A stretch of 58,985 bases of DNA, filler included, from Dugesia japonica (lineage: Eukaryota), in assembly GCA_001938525.1 (NCBI GenBank). It is 5 parts of 5 records of this genome, joined end to end, with 100 filler letters (N's around TTAATTAATTAA, not from the genome) between each part and the next. Parts side by side here need not be neighbours in the genome. Positions count along the whole stretch, not along the records: positions 47,184 to 58,985 come from MQRL01644024.1; 4 more parts are not named here. The stretch is one strand, 5' to 3'. Position 1 is the stretch's first letter; each line of letters starts with the position of its first letter. The position numbers and the translations under genes were made by a program. Of this stretch, positions 50,274-58,985 are shown piece by piece. Below the pieces are notes generated by a model. The model was not told where the DNA came from, did not search any database, and saw nothing but the letters and a program-made list of their open reading frames with translations.

Positions 50274-53200
50274 TGTAAAGATTAAAAATTGAAAATCGCA
50301 ATTTAAATTTTGAAAAAAATGTTATAAAAGATTTCAAGAATTTTTTTAAATATTTAAAAGGTTTGTTTAAATATTCAGCTTTTAAAAAAATAGTTTTTTG
50401 ATTTTTTTAAAATTTTGTGTTATAAATAAAAATTTAATGGACTTTTATGAAAGTTTATCAGTAACTAACATGGCGACCAACGCTTCAATGTACCAAATTC
50501 GAGAAGTAATAAACCCAGGAATTTATTGGCATGTTGACGATATTGAGCAGTTTATCAATGGTTGTAAATATTTCCAATATATTGGTGTAAAGAAAAAGGA
50601 TAAAAACCTCTTGTTGGTTGGCTTAATTGATAGAGAATCAAGAGAAGTATACGAATGCCAAGATGAATTATTAGATTTTAAGGACCGACTGCGTTCCACA
50701 AAAAGACTCTTATACAAGACTTAGAGAAAGCTATAAAATACAAGAGAACGGATGAACACGTTTATGTGTACAAGAAAAGAATTTTAACACTGGTCGATAA
50801 AATCTTTGCACACAAACTAGACAAAGAAGAGATGACAAATGAATTAATATTCAATAGTTGTCGTGATAAGAGAATGCAAATAAAGATTAAAGGAGGCAAA
50901 GTAGCTAACTAAGAAGAGATATTTGAAACAATAAAAGCAAATGATGAACTAAAGGAGGATCTGAAAGACACAGATAATATAAATAAGAGGGAGAGTTACA
51001 GCAATGCAGTAAAAAGAGGCATGACCAAACAACGCTTCTCAAGAGTTAACGGAACTCAAATGGAAGATAAAAAAGAAATTACATGTTGGTCATGTCAGAA
51101 GATGGCTCATATCAGCAGAAATTGTCCGGAAAAGAAAAGAATGTGTTACGCATGCGGATCAGAGAATCATATAAGAAGGAATTGTGACAAAATTATATGT
51201 TCAAGATGTGGAAAAAGTGGACATCATACAGAACAATGTTATACTAATTTGGAGAAAAGAGGTGTATGGACTAAGGATAAAAGACAGCACAATAACGAAC
51301 AAAGAAACGAAGCAACACAATACAACCGAAGAGAAGAAACAAACAGACGATAATAACAGATTCCCAAAACCGAGTTGGAAGACATCAGTTAATAATGGAT
51401 TCAGGAATAGAGACGGCAGTAGATATACAAACTTAATGATAGAAGAGAATGAAGAGTGTATAAAGAGAGGAGATAATATTTATTATTATGACGAGGAGAC
51501 AAACAGCTATAAAAAAGAGACCCCAAACAGACAAACGCCATAAAAAGTCGAGATGATTGGAGCAATGAATTGAAAAACAATCTAGATCGCAATATACATA
51601 TGTATAGTAAAAGTGGTTTATTAATAGTATAAAAGATGATACTAAAGAGAAAACAGTCGACAGAAAAGTTTATGAGTATTTTAAAGAAAGATTTTAAAGA
51701 TGAGAATGAACAAGTAAAAATAAAATTATGATATAATGCAAGGTAGGCCCAGTATGGAAAATAGAATTCAAGGGAGATATATGGACTACCTTTTGGATAC
51801 AGGTTCAAAGATAAACGTGGTGAGCCTCAATATTTTTAGAAGTCTGGCAAATGTGGAGCTGATGGGAATTGATGACGTGTTAAAATGTGCAAATAATAGC
51901 AGAATGAACTTTTCGGGTAAGACATTTGTAGAATTAGAGATCGCAAACAATGAGAAAACAGTACAATTCACCGTAGTCAAAGAAATGAGTCCGAATCATA
52001 TCAAAGGAATAGACATGCAACGCCAGTTTGGATAGCGTTTAACGAAAGAAACAAAGGGTTATGGGGATGAACAGTGGATCTGCAACATAGATACAAAGTT
52101 TGGCCGTAAAATCGAGGATTCTGAAAGAGAACAGAGAGCTTTAAAAATTTTAATGACAAAACAAGACGAGAAACTGGAAAGGTAATAGTAAAACATTGGG
52201 AAGTATTCATGGTAAATAACTAGGATGTCGAATGCACAACGTTGGTTGAACAGACGATAGTGACAAAGGGTAACCAAATAAATACACCATTGAGACAACC
52301 CATGAATCTAGAAGAAAAAATAGATGCAGCCATAAAAAAATTTAGTGGACGCTAACATTATAAGAAAATGTAATTTACAGTGAAACACGCCACTGATATG
52401 CGTCTGGAAGAAAGAAAGAAAGGATGTGAAACTTTGCTTGGACTTTAGAAAACTAAATACAGTTACGGAACGACAGACCATCCCGATGCCAAACGTAGAA
52501 GAAATGTTAGACACTTTGTATGGAGCCAAATATTTCAGTACCATAGACTTGGGAAACGCATATTACCAGGTACTGTTAGAAAAAGAGTCAGAAGAGAAAA
52601 TAGGCTTTTCGACAAAAAATAGTCAATATTGCTTCACAAGAATGCCATTCGGCATAGTAACAGCCCCAGGAACATTCCACGTAGTAATGACAAAAGTATG
52701 GACGGGCTAGTTGAAGCAATGGTGTATATGGATGACATAATGGTATTCTCAGAAAGACTAAAAGAACACTATATAACACTGGGCCAGGTACTAGAGCGGA
52801 TCCAAACGGCAGGGTTGTGAGTGAATCCAGAAAAATGTCACCAAAATTTTACGCAAAGTAGTGAAATTTCTTGGCCACATAATAGATAAAGAACGAATTC
52901 GAACAGATCCAATTAAAGTCGAAGCCATTAAAAATTCTGAGAAACCCAAATGCGTAAAAAACCTGAAAAGCATGCTTGGAATATGCAATTATTACGAAAG
53001 AATCATCAAAAATTATTCAAAGAAATCAAGAACCCTAGAAGAATTATGCGGAAGTTACAGCATGAAACTAATATGGTCAGATGGATGTGAGAAAGATTTC
53101 GTATAAATGAAACAAGCACTGATAAAATCACCTATTTTAATATTTCCTGATATAAAGAAGACATTTATTTTAGATACTGACGCCAGCTTCGACGCAATAG

Positions 53201-54865
53201 GAGCAGTCCTATCACAAAATGATGATGATGGAAGAGAAAGAGTTATTGCTTACTGCTCACATGCAATGACATCACATGAGAAGGGTTACTGTATCACACA
53301 GAAGGAATTACTAGCAATATATTACGTCGACAAACACTTTAAATATTATTTATATGGAAAAAATTCATTACGAGAACATATCACATAGTCATCGTATTCA
53401 TGAAAAAGACGAACAAACCGATAACACCTCAATTCCAAACATCGATGAATTACCTTAACAGCTTTGGCATGGAACTAATATATAAACAATGCAAAAAACA
53501 CACAAACGCAGATATGCTCTCAAGAATGAAATGCAAAACGTGCACTCAATGTCAAATGCAGCATGAATATCCAAAAATGGGAAAGATAAAAACAAGACAG
53601 ATAAATCAGATGATAACGATAGAGAGATGTAAATGGCAAAAAGAAATAGAGGAAATCAAGCTAATCAGACGAGATATTCAAGAAGGAAAGAATTAAAAGT
53701 ATAGAGTCGAAAGTAACATAGTGAAAACATGTAATTTAAAATTTGGATTTCAATAGAGAAAAGAATATCAATAATCCAAGAGATACATAAATTGTTAATA
53801 CATACCGGGACAGAAAAAATTATCAGCTATATAATCAGTAACTGCGACATGGAAGAACTGAAGAAGACAATCACAGAAGTGATAAGACAGTATGAAGCGT
53901 GCCAAAAGAACAAATATAATACTGTAGCAACAAAAGAGACAACAGTAAAATTAAGCGCAAATTGTCCATTTGAAATGATATATATGGACACGAGTGGGCC
54001 TTTTCAAGAGACTGTGCACAGACGAAGATATAAATGTGGAATAATAGACCAATAAAATCGATACGTAAACCTAACGGCAATCAGCAAGCAAAATAATGAG
54101 ACAATTAAAAATGTGATAATGGAAAAATGGATAATGATATTTGGAGCACCAAGAGAAGTTCACGTAGACAGCGGTAAGACATTTGAATCGAAAAACCTCA
54201 AGAATCTGATGTAATCGATGAATATAGAAATACACTTTTCAAGTCCGTACCATCACAATACAAACGGAATTATAGAGAGAGAAATTCCGCACAATTAGAG
54301 ACTGTATTAACGCAGCCGAAGATAAAGATAGAAGAAAGGATTGTAGTAACAGCATACCGGCGATTGAATACATGATGAATGAGAGAAGGCAAAAGACATT
54401 GGGGCAATCACCAGCAGAATTATTATTCAGTAAGAGAATTCACAGAGAACAATGGTTTGACAGCCGAAAAGACAAAGAATTAATGGAAGAAACACCTACA
54501 AAAAGACATTTTCAAGTGAGAGACAAAGTATTGATTGAACTAAAAAATAGAACAAAAAACAATGAAAGATACGCTGGTCCATACAATATCACGGATAAGG
54601 TACATGAGAGAAGATATCGTATNCGAAATACAACGGNAAAAGAGCTAGAAAAGAACGTAGAAAAGCTTAAAAATTTCTTTTAATCGACAGGGATGTAAGG
54701 ATTAAAAATTGGAAATCACAATTTTAATTTTGAAGAAAATGTTATAAAAGATTTCAAGAATTTTTTAAAATATTAAAAATGTTTGTTTAAATACTCGGCT
54801 TATAAAAACATAGTTTTTTGGAAGATTTAAAGATTTGAAAGTATGTGTTATAAATAAAAGTTTTT
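50274..54865 (+). mobile_element. Near full-length compact Gypsy retrotransposon (LTRs 50274-50470 and 54694-~54865), pseudogenized
   Basis: Direct repeats starting TGTAA; PBS TGGCGACC at 50471; PPT before 54694; three CCHC knuckles, LLDTGS, LCLDFRKLN, YMDD, RNase H DTDAS, integrase, YAGPY. Confidence 0.93.
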
Positions 54866-54871
54866 TCCAAC

Positions 54872-55545
54872 TTAAACGATCATTATTAAATTTCATTCCG
54901 ACACATTTAAATAACAGTTATGAGTTTATCAAACAAATTAAAAATTATGAATGGAAAAGTATGATGAATTTGGTTCATTAGATGTATGGATCAATTCCAA
55001 TTGAAGGACCTGAAAATGTCATCGATATTGTAAGTGACTTCTTTCAAAGATACAAATAAGAACATACTGATATTCCAGAGATCGCCAAAAATGATTTCAA
55101 ATGTCTTATCAACTTGTATTTTTTCTCTGATAACATTTTCATCGGTGAATAACTTTTTAAACAAAAAGATGGTCTTGCAAAGGGTAATAAATTATCTCCA
55201 ATTCTAGCTATAATTTTCATGAACTTTATTGAAAATCAAATAATTCTTAAATCAAAGTTATTAAATTACTTTTATTAATGAAAAATGTAGCCAAATATAA
55301 TAAAGCATTCTAAACTCAAACATAATCCAAGAATTATATTTAAAACGCAAGAACCTTTGGGCATCCAATTACAGAAAATAAGACTAAGCTTCTGTAGTCC
55401 CAAATGCATTTGTGATGGTAGAAATATATGCAATAAGAAAATATCACTTATNAAATAACATGCACCATTTGTCAAGAAACATATACAGGTGAAACATGCA
55501 GAACCATCCGAACAAGAATTAAGGAACATTTAAAACAAAAAGAAA
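54872..55545 (+). mobile_element. Penelope-like remnant (partial RT plus GIY-YIG), same family as 47184-49020
   Basis: SIPIEGPENVIDIV, KQKDGLAKGNKLSPILAIIFM, TYxITCTICQETYTGETCRTIRTRIKEH. Confidence 0.85.
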
Positions 55546-55570
55546 ATGAATCTTGAATAAATTAAAAAGT

Positions 55571-55607
55571 CGATTCCTGACGAAGACAAGGTCGAAATAT
55601 CAAATTG
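55571..55607 (+). ncRNA. Minimal hammerhead ribozyme motif at the 3' end of the Penelope remnant
   Basis: CTGACGA-A-GAC-AAG-GTC-GAA-ATAT-C; intact core with 3-bp stem II and AUC cleavage triplet. Confidence 0.7.
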
Positions 55608-56739
55608 CTATAATATTTCAATAAAAAAATTTTGATTGAAGCTTTTATTTTAAATGAATTCTTTAAAACGATCAATGGTTATGTCCAACAATTATTCTNN
55701 NNNNNNNNNNNNNNNNNNNNNNNNNNNNNNNNNNNNNNNNNNNNNNNNNNNNNNNNNNNNNNNNNNNNNNNNNNNNNNNNNNNNNNNNNNNNNNNNNNNN
55801 NNNNNNNNNNNNNNNNNNNNNNNNNNNNNNNNNNNNNNNNNNNNNNNNNNNNNNNNNNNNNNNNNNNNNNNNNNNNNNNNNNNNNNNNNNNNNNNNNNNN
55901 NNNNNNNNNNNNNNNNNNNNNNNNNNNNNNNNNNNNNNNNNNNNNNNNAAACTGGTCAATTCCGAGCAAAGATTTGACCAAATATCCAAAATTATTCAAA
56001 TTGGAGATAAAAGATTATGATTTGGAGATAATTACAAAATGAGTAAACGATTATTATTGTTAGATGTAAGTTTTCTGGTTATGAAATGATTTCAAAATTG
56101 TTAAAATATTTAGATTATTATTTAACTTTTTAGTTATTTTATTTTTACGTGCTTAATAAGATATATATTTCGAGGAACTAGAAGCTAGAAAATTCTTATT
56201 ATTTTGTTATTTAATAAATTTGAGATAAATTAGTTTTATATTTCAACCTAACAACCAAAGATAATTAAAAAATTATTATACTATCTATAACATTTAATCA
56301 TTAAACCTAATGTTATTACGATGTTAACTGAGTCGTCAGAAGGGTAATGGAAGAATACAAAAAACAAGATGCAACAAGAATTTCGTAAAGCAAAAGAAGA
56401 AAATAAACAAATGAAGATTAGAAAAGATCATCTGCAAAGGAGTATGAGTGTCAGACATGAGCTAGTACTCATGTAAACCAACAGCATGATGTCGGATATT
56501 ATCGAGGGTAAACAGAGAGAAAAACTGCTGTTCTCGTCAACATGTAATTCCTCTGGAAGACATACCATAAAAAAGCTGTGACGTTTCTTAGGAATTTGTA
56601 ATTATTACAGGAAGTTTATATAAAACTAAGCAAGAAAATCATGTATCTTAGAGCAGTTATGCCCTGGACTAAGTAACAAGAAATTTGAATGGCCAGATGA
56701 ATAAAACAATACTTTTGATGGTCTGAGAAATTTCTAATA

Positions 56740-56990
56740 ACTGTACCAATTTTGTGTTTTCCAGACGTTAACAGAGAATTTAAATTAGTAGCGACGACAG
56801 AAACTAAAGAGAAGACAAAGAGATTTGAAACCACCAATTTGTTTGAAGTTACATTTACATATATATGTGGGCCAATAAGAGAAACAAGTGGGCAGAAAAG
56901 CTACATTATAGGAATACTAGACCAGTACAGTTAATATCTGGTTCTTATAGCATTGCCTAAACAAAACGAGGAAACAATACGAAAAGCTAT
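56740..56990 (+). mobile_element. Gypsy integrase fragment
   Basis: FEVTFTYICGP.RET...SYIIGILDQYS resembles 53960-54060. Confidence 0.7.
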
Positions 56991-58223
56991 ATATATAAAT
57001 TTTCAACATTTAAGTTTTGTTGTTTTGTTATCATATTATTTCATCATCTAAATTTATTTTTAATGTATAACATATATTACTTTACGAAATTTAACAGAAA
57101 TCCACGAAATTTCATCATTCGATACTTTGTAAACCACATCAGCTGATAAAATGAAAACAATGCAGCTTTATTATAATAAATGCTAAAACCTTCTTTACAA
57201 AAAATGTTCAAAACCTTTATTTCATTGAAACATTCTTGGGATAAATTCTGGTCAATATAAATAGAATCTTTTATCCAATGTTGTAATTTACTTTTAATCT
57301 ATACATTTTTACACAATAATTTTCAGAGATGAAATATGTGTTACTTGTATTTCAATACTTTTGTTGACCATACTTAGTAACATAACATCAGAGCAGTTTT
57401 CTTTACAATCTGTTATTGGAATTATCACTGAAACTATTACTATTAATATTATTATTAGTAATATGTATATAGTGGCACTCTATCTCACCTACAAGGGAGA
57501 AAAATGTTATCAGGNNNNNNNNNNNNNACTTAGAAAGTTAATAATACAATTTTACAACTTTTACTTTTAGAAATTTAGATTTTTGTCAAATGCACACACA
57601 TAAACACTCATAAAAAGACCTTTTTCACTAGCTTTTATAATGTACACATGATTTAAAGCAAGATTTTACTATGTTTTAAAATATCATAGTTAAAGATGAA
57701 GATTAAATTAACTAATTAAAGCAGTAAATAACAAAACATCTTTCAAACTAATATTTATTCAAATTAAATCTTGTTTTTTATCCACCTGATTGAGCTGTCT
57801 GAAACTTGTGAGTTAAATTTCTAAATTGTAAACATTAATTAAATAGTTAACAAAAAAAATTATTACCTTTATTATTATTATTATTACTGGAGAAACTTAT
57901 TCATTACAATTTGAAATAATATAATGTCCCTATGGTAGACTTATATTTTTATCTACCTACACTCGTTTATCGTCTGTGTTGGTTATGCAACTTTAAGTCC
58001 ATTACTGCTAAATAGTTGATGTTCTCTACTGCAAGTTTTAAATTGATTAACTAAGACATTTTGAATATTATTATTACAATCAAGATACGACTGATGGTTT
58101 ATGTTGATTCCTTTAGCCTTCAGAGAAGAGTTTTCACTAAGAAGACTGTGACATTTCAGTTTACAAACCTATTCTTTATTTCTTATACCTTTAAATTTCC
58201 CAACAACCAAATTCAAAAAAAGT

Positions 58224-58260
58224 CAATTCCTAAAGAAGACTAAGTCGAAATATCAAATTG
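58224..58260 (+). ncRNA. Degenerate hammerhead motif (CTGA>CTAA, probably inactive)
   Basis: CAATT-C-CTAAAGA-A-GAC-TAA-GTC-GAA-ATAT-C-A-AATTG; flank homologous to 55571-55660. Confidence 0.5.
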
Positions 58261-58349
58261 TTATCAAATATCAATAAACAAAACAAATATTTTGATCGAA
58301 GTTTTTATTTTAAATGAACCAAATTCAAGTCATTATTGAAAAGTGGGTT

Positions 58350-58650
58350 TCAATTGCACAATTTATTTCGTAATATTAAACCTAATAATTTCTCTAGCCT
58401 AATATTTTTCACTTCTAGAAAGGAACTATATGTTTCTTCTGTAACAATATTTATGGAGAACTTTTCTTCGTTACAATATTTCTCTAATTCATTATACTGA
58501 AGCTGGTACATTCTAAGATCAAACAAATCTATTATAGATTTTTCAATATAACTAGGACGATTCAAGCAAATAACTTCCTTATTAAGCTGAACAGCAATCA
58601 AGTGAGTGTCAATTTTAAAGGTGTTTCTAAAGATCTGTTTTGAAAAATCA
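58350..58650 (-). pseudogene. Second Maverick-type pPolB fragment
   Basis: LNKEVICLNRPSYI...DL...MYQLQY.ELEKY is homologous to 14705-15010. Confidence 0.8.
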
Positions 58651-58985
58651 ACTTATCAACATTAAAAGTAGAACTTTAAAGTAAAAAATAAGTCCGAATT
58701 GAAAATAAGCATAGAAAGGAAAAATTAATTTATCCCACAAACGTATTAGTTCATAAATAAAACAATATGTTTATTTTATTTTCTTTATTTTCTTATGACT
58801 AATTTAAACAATGTTTAAAGAAATATATATTATGATATTAAACTATTAATTTTTAAACTATTATTATTATAAAACACGCTGTAAATCACAAGATTGCATA
58901 TTTTCGACAAGCTTTTCATATTGTGATTCAAATGTACTTATAGCATAGAATTAATATTAATTAATGTTAAATGGTTATCTGTCAA

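Noticed and set aside
55632-56042. Long ORFs around 55700
   Set aside because: Consist mainly of N.

Overview
Very AT-rich eukaryotic scaffold with 43-52 bp introns, dominated by decayed transposons. A planarian-like flatworm is my inference, not a database result. Contigs are joined by artificial N-TTAATTAATTAA-N linkers (~18650, 27120, 36015, 47128), so adjacency across them is uncertain. Host genes: the first coding exon of a DHX35-like DEAH helicase (+) and the five 3' exons of an eIF2-alpha kinase (-). Known mobile element classes: three compact Gypsy LTR elements plus an integrase fragment, a decayed Maverick/Polinton with pPolB, two Penelope-like remnants, four minimal hammerhead motifs, and Helitron, mariner and hAT fragments. 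The most unusual feature is a 4185-bp TG...CA element with a 4-bp target-site duplication (28302-32486), with two further diverged, nested copies at <1-1686 and 1687-4557. It encodes no recognisable transposition enzyme and looks like a giant solo LTR. It carries a TATA promoter, a leader with a perfect splice donor, and four small conserved ORFs that I do not recognise, each behind its own splice acceptor. ORF3 and ORF4 appear to receive the A of their ATG from the leader exon (A|TG). ORF3 has an in-frame TGA at the same codon in all three copies, followed by a conserved tail ending in a KxTQT (dynein LC8-binding) motif. The element ends in a conserved hairpin region showing covariation. All alignments and translations were done by eye.
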